Origin: the human T2T-CHM13v2.0 reference genome, Homo sapiens
Assembly (NCBI RefSeq): GCF_009914755.1
Contig: NC_060925.1
Direction: 5' to 3' (one strand)
DNA: 64,000 bases
Both the position numbers and the translations under genes were made by a program. Each line of letters starts with the position of its first letter. The first letter of the stretch is position 1. A model generated the notes under the pieces. That model was not told where the DNA came from. It made no database searches and saw only the letters and a program-made list of their open reading frames with translations. Shown here in pieces: positions 1 to 13,631 of this stretch.

Positions 1-186
1 TAAATCTGCAGCATAAATTATTATTGAAGAGACAGCATTATTTAATAAAGCAAATTAACATCTCGTAAAATATCCAATCTTTCTGTTTCATGAATTTAAC
101 CTGAAACTAATATTCTGCCATGTAAACATTATTAAACTTTCAGTCTTTGCCTTCTAGGACTTTAGAAGAACTTCAGCTATTGGTAG

Positions 187-925
187 TATTGGGGCTTAAA
201 AAATGATACATCAAAATATGGTGTCTTGGATGCTGAATGCTTTGAATTAAGGGAAATTAAAAGACCTCAGAAATAAGCCTCAGAACCAAGGTCTTTCTCT
301 GATCTTCCTCCCAAGCCCTGCACCTGTCTCTCTGATCCTCTTTCTTTTCTGATGCACCAGGAAGGACTCTCTCTGGAATTCCCTTATATCACTAGGAAAA
401 CCTTTTTCCAAAAGAAATGCAATTGTCTTAAGACCCCCTCCCTAGGAATCTCATCAAATAAACAGGAAAATTTTAACACCAGAAAAGAGAAGACACTGAG
501 AGTCTTCACTGTGCTCAGACACACTTTTTATGTGTTCTTCTGAGACAGCTCAAAAAGATTACCTGGAAAACTTTATCTGCATAATAAGACAACCTTTGTT
601 CACAGTGAAGTTTCACTCCTCACCTTCCCACCACTTCCCCCAAAGCTCAGAGGAACTTTGTCCCAGGCCACTGTTCTTTAAGCTCATTCATTTCCCGGCA
701 AAATTATTTACTTCTACACTTCGATCTCCCCTTGCCCTATAAAGAAGTGCATATAAGCATCTGAACATCATTGGATTAAGGAGTAATCATACTCTTGTGA
801 TTCCCTTGTGCTTATGCACATAAAATAAATTCATATGCCTTTTTCTCCTATTAATTTGTCTATTATCAGTCATTTCTGTGAACAATCAGAGAGGTGAAAA
901 TGGAGGCTTGGTTTTCGCCCCCACT
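187..925 (+). mobile_element. Solo ERV1 LTR, MER39/MER34-group
   Basis: Begins tattggggcttaaaaaatgatacatcaaaatatgg (MER39-like start, recalled). TATA-like ctataaag ~737, aataaa ~824, ends ...cgcccccact. Flanked by 4-bp TSD gtag (183-186 / 926-929). Confidence 0.75.
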
Positions 926-1761
926 GTAGAAGTCTCTGAGTCCATCATAGATTAGATAAGTGTGGTAATAGGATAACTCAAAGAATCTGAACGTTGCTTT
1001 TACTTAAACATTTATTTTAATCATTGGTACTATAACCCTATAGCTTCTTTTTATTATCAATGCAGAGCATGTCAGATCTGTCCCGTTCTTTTGTGAGCTT
1101 CACATGCAAAGTAGTATTATTATCCTGATGCTATTAAAAATATATACTCTGAGTTTCAAACAATCAACTGAGAGATGAGCTTTGGAACATACCAATATTG
1201 AGCTGCCAATATTGAGATAAAGAAGGAAGAAGCAGTTTATCCAAATGCATACTGAAATCACTCGTGTATGAGTGTCTTGGCTTGAAAATTATCCCCACCT
1301 GTTTTTTTAAAGATAATAGACTCTGGTTAACAGGAATTACTGCTGAACTGAAATTTTACTATACTTTGAAATACTGCAACTGGAGCTAATATTTTTAAAA
1401 ACTATGCTAAGATCACACATTTTTTCTCTCCTTAGACTCTTAAAGGATATTATTTCCCTACCCATGTTTTAATATTTGACCTTTGCTAGGTGATAAATCA
1501 ATCTAACGATCTTGGGACTGTCAATTGAGTCTGGACTTGCATTTACTTGAATACTCTTCAAATCTCTTTTTAGTTTATAAGTATTTCTGCTAAGAATAAA
1601 ACATCCTTTTGGTTCTTTAATTGAAGTTTTTACCTGGATTCACATTTTTTTTTTCAAAATTTTGTTTAACTTCTATCATCTTTGGAATTCAAGAGAATTA
1701 TTTGTATCTCTACTAATCTACTTAATTTGTGAATTTGCTACATTTAAAAAGATAAATTGGG

Positions 1762-2152
<391 letters not shown>

Positions 2153-2639
2153 TCAAGATAACTTATCATGTTATGATTCCAGAGTTGTATTTCTGGCTCT
2201 TTGTCTTTTTCATCTTTTTCACATTTGTTCCTTCCAGCTGGTGTCTGAGGCTTCTGTCTTTGCTCTTACAATCAAGGTCAGACAGACTTACTAGCTCTCT
2301 GAACTTGTCCCTTTAGGTTTTCTTCATAGATATCTTTATCTTTTCTTTCTCATCTTATAGCTAATGATATTTCACCTCTGATTTCTTGGATTTTTTCATG
2401 TAACTTTATCTATTGGTCACCTACATTATGTGCAAAGAAAAATAGCTAATATTAAGAATATAGGGAAGATTTTCTATTTACCTAATCAGTTTTTACCTAT
2501 TAGATTCAAACTAAAGATTGTGAGTTGCCTCTGCCTACAGTCTCATAATTTGGTGGGCCCAATTCAACCCAGATATAGCGTTAGTCATTCATAAGTTATA
2601 CCATTACAAAACTGAATGAAAATATTGTCATAAAATTGA

Positions 2640-3004
<365 letters not shown>

Positions 3005-3266
3005 TAATAGGATGCTTACTATCAATTGACCATTCTTAAATTTCAGAATTAAATGTATACAAATAAAGTATCTATTATGGTTCTGACAGCTGTTTTCCTT
3101 TTCTTTGCTTATTTTAGTTCAACTGTTGGCATGACCTAATGATAGGTTTTCTCAATATTAAAAGTTGACACCTTTTAGATCTTTGGGTACCTACTGATAT
3201 TTGTTCACTTTTGAATTTAATTGTCATCATTATGCTGATAAAATCAAATATAATTTGACTTCCCCA

Positions 3267-3425
3267 CTTTTATTTTTTTTATTATTATTATTTACTTATT
3301 TTTTTTTAAGAGACAAGGTCTTGCTATGTTGCCCAGGCTAGTCTTGAACTCCTCAGCTCAAGCAATACTCCCACCTCAGCCTCCCAAAGTGCTAGGATTA
3401 TAGGCATGAGCTACCATGCCCAGCC
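3267..3425 (-). mobile_element. Alu monomer (FLAM/AluJ left arm)
   Basis: T-rich tail then gagacaaggtcttgctatgttgcccaggc...ctaccatgcccagcc; single arm only. Confidence 0.85.
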
Positions 3426-3724
3426 TATCTGCTCTTAAATGCTATAATTATAATTTTCTGTCACTGACCATATTTTATTTCTGAATAAATTCTTGGCAAT
3501 TTTCTTTGTTCTTTAAGTGTAATTTTAGATATGAATCAGGAATGTTTCTCAAGACCACCCAGAAAATAGCCTGATTAATATCTAGTCCTTCAAGTGTTTA
3601 AAATATTTAGTAAATTGATAACAATTGTTTTATTCTTTATTTATTATTTAATTATTAAAATTATATCCCCTGAAAGTTTCTAGTTGAAGTAATTGAGATG
3701 TTTAGATGCAATATCAGAATTATA

Positions 3725-3930
3725 TTAATAGCAGTAACTTTTATTGAGTGCTTATAATGTGGCAATAACCCTACAGATATTTCATTCTTAAAAAAAAAAA
3801 AACAGTGTGGTTTACAGATAAGGAAGTTGCCTAAAGCTCATAGAGATTACTTAACTTGCTCAAATTCAGCTAGTATACGTAAGATTCATAATCTGAACCT
3901 GGATTTGTGCAACTCCAAAGCCTGTATTTT
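3725..3930 (-). mobile_element. MIR fragment
   Basis: ttattgagtgcttataatgtgg...ttacagataaggaa...ttaacttgctcaa...actccaaagcc core motifs. Confidence 0.65.
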
Positions 3931-4269
3931 TTTTCTCTATTCTGCATTACTTCTTCATTATACAGGTGAGCTGTCTCTTCAGTGATCATATTGTCTGATT
4001 AATATCTCACCTCTCATCTCATTTTTACTCTACAGATTTTTAATGTATGGTAGAACTAATGAACTTGGTACAGCAAATCCATGTATTTAGTGTCTGCATG
4101 ACTGATCTATATTAGATCACTAGACTGTCAGATCACTAGACAGTTGCTAAAACCATGGCCATTAGTACATATTGTAAAGATAACTGAAATAAATGAATCA
4201 GCTCTGAGATGCGGGCATAAGTTATGGGCCCAAGATATTGCCCAGACTATGAGGATGATGAAATTCAGA

Positions 4270-4500
4270 GTACTAAGCTTGGGGTCACAAGCTTGAACTG
4301 AGATTCTGCTCCACCACTTACTAGACAAGTGACATTTCACAGCCCACTTAACCTCTCTGAGCCTCCTTTTTCACATCTGTTAAGTCAAAGTATAGGGATA
4401 CTGACCTCATAGTGTTGTCAAGAAGATTAAATGAGATAATGTGTGCAAAAGGTTATTACTTTCTGAAGAACACTCTATAAATTCAGGCTATAATCATTAT
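4270..4500 (+). mobile_element. MIR fragment
   Basis: ccacttactag...cacttaacctctctgagcctc...acctcatag...gattaaatgagataatg core. Confidence 0.75.
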
Positions 4501-6502
4501 TTTATTAGAGCAGCATTCACCGATAAATTCTTGATACTGAGACTACTTGGGAAAAAGAGAAAATATGTTGCATATTACTGTTCTATTATTTAAATCTCTT
4601 CACACTTGGACTCCTACATTGCTTTACAGTCTGGATCGTGCTTAACTTTCTGTTTGCAACTTAACATCCTGCAAATGATGTATCACTTGCTTTACCATCT
4701 GTGTCTTCTGCAAAATCTAGGTTACATTACAGTATTTTTGTGTACTTCATGTCCTACTAAGATTTGACTAAATATTTTGGGGATCTTCTAATGCATGTTT
4801 AAGTCTTAATTCTTCCATCTATGATATTCCTCAGTATCTTGGTATGAATGAGAAGAAATATATTAATTAATCAATATAGTTAATAAGCTTTTGACTGTGA
4901 CATATGCTGAATACAATCAAGTCCTGGAGGGCAACACATAAAGCATGTTACAAGTCTGTTACAATTTGTATGATTTATGTATATAAATAGTAGGTCATAA
5001 TCAATCTTCATTTAAAGAAATCACATATTTATAAAACAAAATAAGGCAGCATTTAATATTACTTCCATCATCAGCAGTTGTGTTTGAAACTTTCCTACTG
5101 TACTATATAATTAGAATAATCTGTTATTGTATTTACAGAGAAAAACTTCATACAAGAAATTTCAAAGTAAGATGGAAATAAGATAGGGTGCTACTTTTTT
5201 TTAAATGGCCTACTTTTTCTTTTATTCCAAGTAAAATACACAATGAACAATAATTCAGAGGGCAATTTGATGGTCCATTGACAAATTTTAATGGGTCCAT
5301 TTTCCATGGAAAGTATACAGAGTTGAAATATACAAAATCTCTCTGTGTGTTTTAATTAGTGAGACTTGATAGTATTCATTATAATAAATTATTTCAGCTG
5401 TAATATTAAAACAAAGATGTAGCACACAAAGCAAAATTGAACAAAGGTCCAAATGGGATATTATTAAAATGTCAAAGTGAGTAAGCAGATGGAGTTTGTA
5501 TGGCTCAATGGATTAGCCACCAGGCTCCATTACCTTGGAGACTCTACTGAAACCCAGTCTCAGTAGAATGATCAGAAAGTAAAAATAAAGGGTATATGCA
5601 GAACAGATAAATAATTTTGTTTGTATTTCCATCGAAAACACAGAGGTGGTTTTTTTTCTTTAATCACAAGACTACATGAAGATTATAATACTGCTACATT
5701 CGTTTTTTTCAGAGATTTATTTTTCCGCTCTAAGTTTGTGTAAAAGAAAATAAAGGGAAAGATTGGAAAGTATGCAGATTTGTCATGCTCTTCACATAAC
5801 AGAGCACGTGCAGTGCAGTAGCTGGATCAAAGTGTGCACTCTCTCTAATGGAGCTTCAGCACAATGCACAAGCCTATGGGGAGGCACCATCCAAAGCAGG
5901 GACTTTGTAACAATCCCATAAAGAAGAAATTAAAATTGTTTACTTTCTTTCATCTTGGTCAGCTCCCTAAAGCAATTACTAGTGTCTACTCTTTCAGAGA
6001 CAAATTGAAATGTAGGCATTCACATTTCTTCCACATTTTGGCAAATCACCTTAACTTTTAGTGTGACTCTATGGTTTAGCACACATCAAGCCTCATGGTC
6101 TGTATTAATTGGTAAGTTAAAATTTAGAATATGAACCTAAATTTAGAACATAACAACCTCAGGAAAAAAATTGGAATTGTTAGAAAGTCCTTTTCCTAGA
6201 TCGAATAAAAGTGTTACTCTGATATTTTCATGATAAAAAGGAAGTAATTGCATGTTACATACTACAGTTGTGAAGTGTGCTTTCTAAAGGATGACTTTTG
6301 GTAAGAGCTCAGAACTGTTTGGGTGGCACTGTACTACATAAGATAAACACTTGCTGAATGCAGATTCCCCCACAGAAGTAGCTCCTGAGACAGCAGCTGC
6401 AGTGTAATTGTGAACCAATCATTACTCTGGAGTCGGAAGTCACAGCAAGCTAAAAGAGTAATATGACACAACCTAATCTACTCAGGGTACTATTGATATG
6501 CA

Positions 6503-6604
6503 TAAATATATATGCAAATACATATATACATATGTGTGTGTGTATATATATATATATATACATATGTGTGTGTATGTATATATATATATATACATATGTG
6601 TGTG

Positions 6605-6640
<36 letters not shown>
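6503..6640. repeat. Compound (TA)n/(TG)n/(CA)n microsatellite
   Basis: Alternating purine-pyrimidine tract with a higher-order unit catatgtgtgtg...tatatatata, ending in a (CA)n run. Confidence 0.95.
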
Positions 6641-9168
6641 ATAGATAAGCCCTGGCTTTATTAAAATTTAGTCTGGTCTTTGAGAAATTTTTCGAATCTA
6701 CTAGTGCTAAATGCTAAGTACATGTGTGTGTATTTACACACACACACAGATATACAGATACAGATACATATAATTCTAAATACATATGACAATATATATA
6801 ATCAAGATATTGCAATAAAGAACTAAATTGGAAGTACAACAGGAGTCTTATTGCTACACTGTGCCAATTATATTACCACATTGTTTCCTCCCTGCAAGAC
6901 TGATAAGAATCTACAAGCGCCCAGAGCCCGAGGGATTTGAACATGCCTGGTGAAAATTGGAAATCAATAGGAGTCTATAATCGCAAGCAAATGGCATCAT
7001 TTTCATTGGGGTGAGAGATGGCAGGCATCACAGAGCTCATATGAAAGCTGCTGCACACAGGGCTAAAATGCCAAAATTATACCCTCTCTCCTCAGTGTAC
7101 CTTGAGTGTTCCTAAGTTGAAAATGCCTGATTTTTTGCTTGTTTGTTTGGTTGGTTGGCTGATTTATTGGCTGCTTTTTTTTTTTTAAACATGACTCTTA
7201 CAAAAGAAAGAAAACCATTCTTAAATTTTCTTTAATTAAAGAATACAAAATAAAAGCAAATCATTCTTTAATTTTAGGCAACACTAATGTCAAACCTCTG
7301 TACTAAACTTGTGCTAATTAGATAAGGAATTTTTTTCTGAATTCACTGGGAATGGCATAGAATTTGTTTTCTGAATTTGGCATCTCTGTTTATCTGCACT
7401 CTTGCTACCAAGTGTGCAAATATTTCCAGGCTTTCTATCAACTCACCACAAATTCATCTCAAAACTGGCTTGAGGTGAATGCCGTTTCCAAAGTGAAGAG
7501 GTAATTTAGTCTCCAGGGTCATTTGGTTCTGCACCTCATTCGAGCAAAGTCTACCAATTCAATGTGAAAATGAGAATTACCATCCACTAGGGGCCAAGCT
7601 AAACCAAACATTTAATTTTATTGTAAATATCTATTTTGTCCCAGTTGCAAATACAAGTCTCTTTTTTTCTCCTTGATTTTTAGCCCATTACATGATGTGT
7701 CCAATTCAAAATTATCCCTGAGCTCTAGCTCAGACAGAAAGCCACATTTCAGCAATATGAATATGCAGTCATTATGAAAGACATGAAAGTATCTACCCAC
7801 AGAAAGGCAAGTGGTGCACTCGATGTCAGCCTCCTCTAAACACCAAAGGAGATGTCACTTTTCAGACAGCATTGCCTTTAAAAGATTTCCAAAATGTTAA
7901 CCCATGGTAACAACACAATATTCATGGCTATTCTGTTCCCTTTCTAGGCAAAGGAAGATGTGCTAAATTTGACGGGTGCTGAGCTGTTTTCAAGAAAATG
8001 CCTAGCCAAATGTCGATTTATTTCCAATATTTTTGAAAATATAAAATGTGCTATGATGCCACCTTGTTAATGGAAAGTGAGTAAAAGTTTTAAATGCTTC
8101 CCACGTGAGATGACAATTACATGGTTGAATTTAAGGGCACTTTTGAGGTTGAGGTGTTCTAACTTGAAGATTCTATAAATCAGCATTAATTGTTTTCTGA
8201 GAAATTGGGAATTAACGTGTTCAATGAGGTATAGGTTACTGGTTGCCAATATCCTGCAGTCCACAAAATTCAGATTTAAGAGAAAATGACCCTGTCTAAA
8301 AATTGACTTTTTCTACTATTTCTACATTTCTTTATGTAATTTAGTTTATTATAAGGAAAGAGTGGCTCAAAATAGAAATGAAACAAAAAAAGAATAGCTA
8401 GTGCAATGTTTTACATGAATAACACGGAAAATACATATTTGTTTATTGAAAGGCATATGCAGTTTTCCATAGAGTTTAATATGTACACTATCTTTTAGCA
8501 TCTTGGACTTATGCAACATGATTTCTCCTTTAAAGAAAGCTGCCTCTCCCTGACATGAATTCAGAAATATTTGCTCAAGTGTACAAATTCTATAAGCAGA
8601 AGGCTGGTCTTTAGCATAAGCAGAACGGACATCTACTTATGTACTATGATTTGATAAGAATCCAAGGACTCCTCTCCCAAGGCTTTTGGAAATGACTTGA
8701 TTTCCCGCTCTGGGTTTATCGTCGTATTCTCTCACAGAAATTCTTGCCTCAATTGTACTAGTTATTTGGTGACTGTTTTACTTCACAAAGCTCTGTGTTT
8801 GCATCTTTACATTTTCCAAGCTATATGTGTACACCAGAAAAGTCATTATTCTAAGTGTTTTTTTGTGTGTGTGACTTTCTTCTAATATTGTACATACATT
8901 GAAACTTTGCTTTATGGTAATAAGTAATAAAAATATAGACTTTGGAACAAATCAAATTTAAAAAATAAGTATAATAAGATGTTCTAATGGAAAGGGAAGA
9001 GTATAGGGCAAGAGATTGTTTTACATTTCCGTTCATAAGTTTTTGGCAGAGACCAACAAAGGCCAAATGTACCCAGCATACCCATTGGCTGGGAGGATTT
9101 CCACAGGGTCAAGTAAGGAAATCCAAACATGTTAGATAAGTTTTTTTAAATTTTCACCATTGTAATAG

Positions 9169-9470
<302 letters not shown>

Positions 9471-9969
9471 TAGGTGTTTGTTTTGTAGGTACTACTGCAA
9501 TATGAAGTATCACTTCAAAACATACCACATAGAAAATAATTTATTTTAACTTCATTTTACTTAATATTTATAACCTAATCACCATTTTATGAACTTGCTT
9601 ACAAAAGTCTGTACCTTCAAATCTACAAAATACAAGTTTACTACAATGAGCATTTAAAATGTTATAAGTGTTTTCATCTACATTTCCTGTTCATGCAAAT
9701 ACTTCCAATGGGCAGCAATATTTACAAACATGCATTAAACTGCACAACATGATGTCTTCTGTTAAAACCTTTATACAGTGTCTTGGGGAGCTTAACCAGG
9801 AAAATGCTTATAGCTGTAATCCAACTCTGAATACTGCTGATAAGGTTATCAATACTAAATCTTTGAAGAGTTTGATAGAGTTGAGTTGAAAGCTTGTCTT
9901 AAACACTTTATTAGTGGTCACTTATATAAAACATAGTCAGCAAGGTAACATTATAAAATACAGTTTCAC

Positions 9970-10270
<301 letters not shown>

Positions 10271-10796
10271 TCACTACAAATATAAATTGGCAGTCGGATT
10301 TGTGTTTTTGGCAGAAAAAAACATGTCTAACTTTTTAAATGAATATAGTTTAAATTATTCTGGGAAATTAGACAAAATAATTTCATTTTTATTTAAACAC
10401 TATGTAAAAGGTAATCAAAAAAGAAAACCAAATTTTTTAATCTGGAAAAAAAGCTGTTTGTTATTATTGTCTTTCAAGATAATAAGAGTGGTTTTCTACA
10501 GTTAAAGTAGAGCTATTATACCCAGAGATGTGGAGTTTACGAATTTTGACTATAAACTTGATGACTGTATTTATCTTATATACAGAAACTTGCTGCACTG
10601 AGCAACACACGATTTTCTACTACCATGATAGCGTTCATTTTAATGTTCATATGCAGAAAAAATGAAACAGTAGCCACTGATAATGAATTGTATACTCTAG
10701 AGCCATCTGGTGATTTGTGCCTTGGGTTAAGAGTTATTGGGTTGTCATCCAGTTATCGAATATCTTCTTATTTTTCTTCATCTTTTTGCTGTTCAG

Positions 10797-12150
10797 CTCA
10801 AGGACATTCATCACCCCGTGGGTGGTCCCTTGCTAAGACTTCACCTGCTCTGCAGTATGCTCTGTCTCTTCTCCCCAGCCCTACCAGGCTGCTTCCTTCC
10901 TCTTGGCTCTAGTACTGTCCCATCCTCTGCTCACTGATGGTGTCATCTTTGGTGATCATATGAGAGGCAGGAGTCCCTACTGTGGGCCTTGAGAATGATG
11001 TCTGGACCAGGGTCTGAGGACTGATCCCCCAAAGAGGTGGGGGCCCCTTAGAGCCTACATAGCTATTCTCCCAGCTTCAAACCGGCCTCTAGTCATCTTC
11101 CTTGTTGAAGACCATGGCCATCCCCTTCTCTGAGGTCCTGTCATGCCCCCACCACTTTCTCCAAGAGTAGGTGCAACCTAGATGGACTAAGGATGAGTCT
11201 GAAAGTACGTCAGAGAAAGGGAGTAAGTGGGGTGGGCCTTGAACAGTGGAGGCAGGGGACTCTAGGCAGCAGTTGTGAATGAAGGGCAGGAGATTTGGTG
11301 TGTGTTTAAATGACCAGCAGGACCAGACCAGAGCTGCAGTTGGGTTCTGGGCATCAGGTAGGACTGTGTGCAACATGTCCCCATCAAGAAAAAATATGGG
11401 GTTTCTAAGGGTATGTATGTGTGTATTTATCTTTCTGGGCTGAGGGCTCAGGGACATTTGGGTGAGGTACTCTCTCACCAGCAGTCACCTATCCCACCCT
11501 CATCCCCACAGCCAGCTGGTCCCATTCCCCACTCAGCCTTCCTTCCTAGTCACTGAGCCTCAGAGGCCTCCAGCCAATAAGAGAATGAGGCTCCAAGGGT
11601 TCTTCACCTCCTCCTCTCTCCTGGATATCTTCCTCCTTCTCCCCAGTCCTGCCCTGCTCCTGACTGGGCTCCTCCACACATCACAGCCACTGTAGGATTC
11701 CTCAGAAAGCATTCACAGGAAATCACTCCTCCCCTGCTCCCTGGCCCCTGCTTTATTTCTATTGATGACTCCCAGACTGGTGTACCCTTCTCTTCACAAA
11801 CACTGACCTCAGATGCTCCACTCATGCCCCAGACCTTGTGCCTCCGGCCTGTGGTTTCCCTCTATGGCCACTCATTGTGTCCCCCATCCTCACAGTGCTG
11901 ATGGTTTCCTCTCCCTACCCCTGCCCCTCCCTGTCCCCGTTCTTCACCCAGAGGGCTGGAAGAAATTTGATCCCTTCCCTTCCACGTTGTACTCTTTCCT
12001 CCTTCCCCACTGTGGCCACTAAATTATGTATATTTTGTGGAAAGAACTCTGTATTGCAGGGGATGAAGGGGCCTACTCTGTTTTCCTATCTCTGTGTATA
12101 AACATACTATAGACCATTACAATAAAGTCACTTAGGTTGAATTTTCCACC
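10797..12150 (+). other. GC-rich 3'UTR-like island, possible retroposed mRNA 3' end or terminal exon (source unidentified)
   Basis: Abrupt GC rise against AT-rich flanks, CpG-depleted, C/T-rich UTR-like tracts, AATAAA at 12121-12126, cagctcaa repeated at both edges. No recognised TE consensus. Confidence 0.45.
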
Positions 12151-12294
12151 AGCTCAACAAGGTAAGGGATTGAATTTGAAGTTACGTGAATTTTTTTTTA
12201 AGTAAGTTAATATAATACTTCTTGCCCTCTTGAATTTGAGGACGAAGTTCAGGGTCTCTACATATGGGAGCCAGGAAAGATTTCTTTTCACATA

Positions 12295-12400
12295 AGAAGA
12301 TAAGTTCTAGGAGGGAAGGAACACATTTGTCTTATGTATCATTTCCACAGGGCATAAAGTAGGCAGTAAATTAATAGCATTTAAATAAATGAGTGACTAG
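12295..12400 (+). mobile_element. L2 3' end fragment
   Basis: taagttctaggagggaagga...cagggcataaagtaggcagtaaa...taaataaatgagtga. Confidence 0.55.
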
Positions 12401-12862
12401 ATAAACACATTAGTGCAAATGTCATTATTAGTTAGTTATTATTCAGCAGAAGGCACAGAGGAAGAACAAATAAGTTTTAAGTCCAGAAAAGAAAATTTCC
12501 CAAACACCAGAGGACCAGAGACAAATGACCAACATATGGCAACCTGAGGATACAAACATGCTCTGTTACACAGAGGGCTGATAGAGGAGTAGGCACTTGG
12601 TGTTGGATGGGGGGTGGTAGGGGTGTGGGACATTGAGTAAGAATGACAAAGACAAATTTGTTCCCAACCTTATCAAATTGAAGGAAGAAAGCGTTGGAAA
12701 CCTATTGCTGTGAAAGGGGACCTTTGAGCCTTTTAAGAGAAACATCTTAGAAAACTTTTGCAGCCATATTGAAGTCAATCTCTCCAGCTGCAAATTTCTC
12801 TTCAGCCCCCGTTTTTCCATTTTTTTGCCCTGTTCCTCTTTTAAGCAAATATGAGCTCAAAG

Positions 12863-13631
12863 TGAAATGGGAGAGTTCCCTGACCCCCCTCACAGGACGT
12901 GTGACAGGGATGTGGTTCTTCTGTTCATGCGCTCGAATCCCTTACAGGAGGGGGAGCATGCAAACAGTCAGGTACAGGAGCTATGGCGAGTGATTTTGGG
13001 CTCCGGCCCCATGGTAATGTCTAGGGGTGGGTGCCTGCGACTCCCAAGGTCCAAATGGGTGTGTGTCACAGTGTGCTCTTTTAGCCTTGCCATCTGCCAA
13101 TGTTAAACAGTTCAGTGGACCCTCTGCCTTTTCACGAGGGAAGAGGGCCAGTGTGACAGCTTTCTGTATCCTGAGATCTTGTCCAGTGTCCAGGAAAATT
13201 CAGGTCACACATGGACTTGAAGGATGGTGAATTTGGGGGTTTTACTGGGTGGTGGTGGCTCTCAGTGGGATGGATGGGGAGCTGGAAAGGGGATGGAATG
13301 GAAAAATTATATTCCTTTGGAGTCTGGCCACCCAGAAGCCTATCTCTTCTCCCACCATCCCCAGTCAAGCTCCTCTCGACGTTCAGACGCTTCTTCTCTT
13401 CTCTCCTCTGTCATTCTTCTGCTCTTCTGTTAATCTGTTTGTGGAGCCTAGGGTTTGGGGTTTATATGGGTACAGAATAGGGGAACATAGCAGGCGAAAA
13501 GGCAACTTTTGAGTGTGCAAACAGGAATACCTGTTCCCATTTAGGGCCATGGGTTTCCAGGCTTGAGGGTGGGGCCTTTACCAGGAACCACTGTCTTCTA
13601 CCCAGTATTTCCCTGTCTCTTGTCCACATCA
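12863..13631 (-). mobile_element. Solo ERV1 LTR, LTR1/LTR27/LTR28/MER52 group
   Basis: Minus strand starts tgatgtggacaagagacagggaaatactgggtagaag...ggccccaccctcaagcctgg and ends ...gggaactctcccatttca; 4-bp TSD aaag (12859-12862 / 13632-13635). Confidence 0.85.

Noticed and set aside
4113-4142. Short duplications such as agatcactagac twice (and caaatgat repeats near 13990)
   Set aside because: Ordinary slippage-scale repeats expected by chance in 64 kb.
6450-6648. Overlapping ORFs rich in Y/I/C/V/T/H
   Set aside because: Artefacts of a dinucleotide microsatellite.
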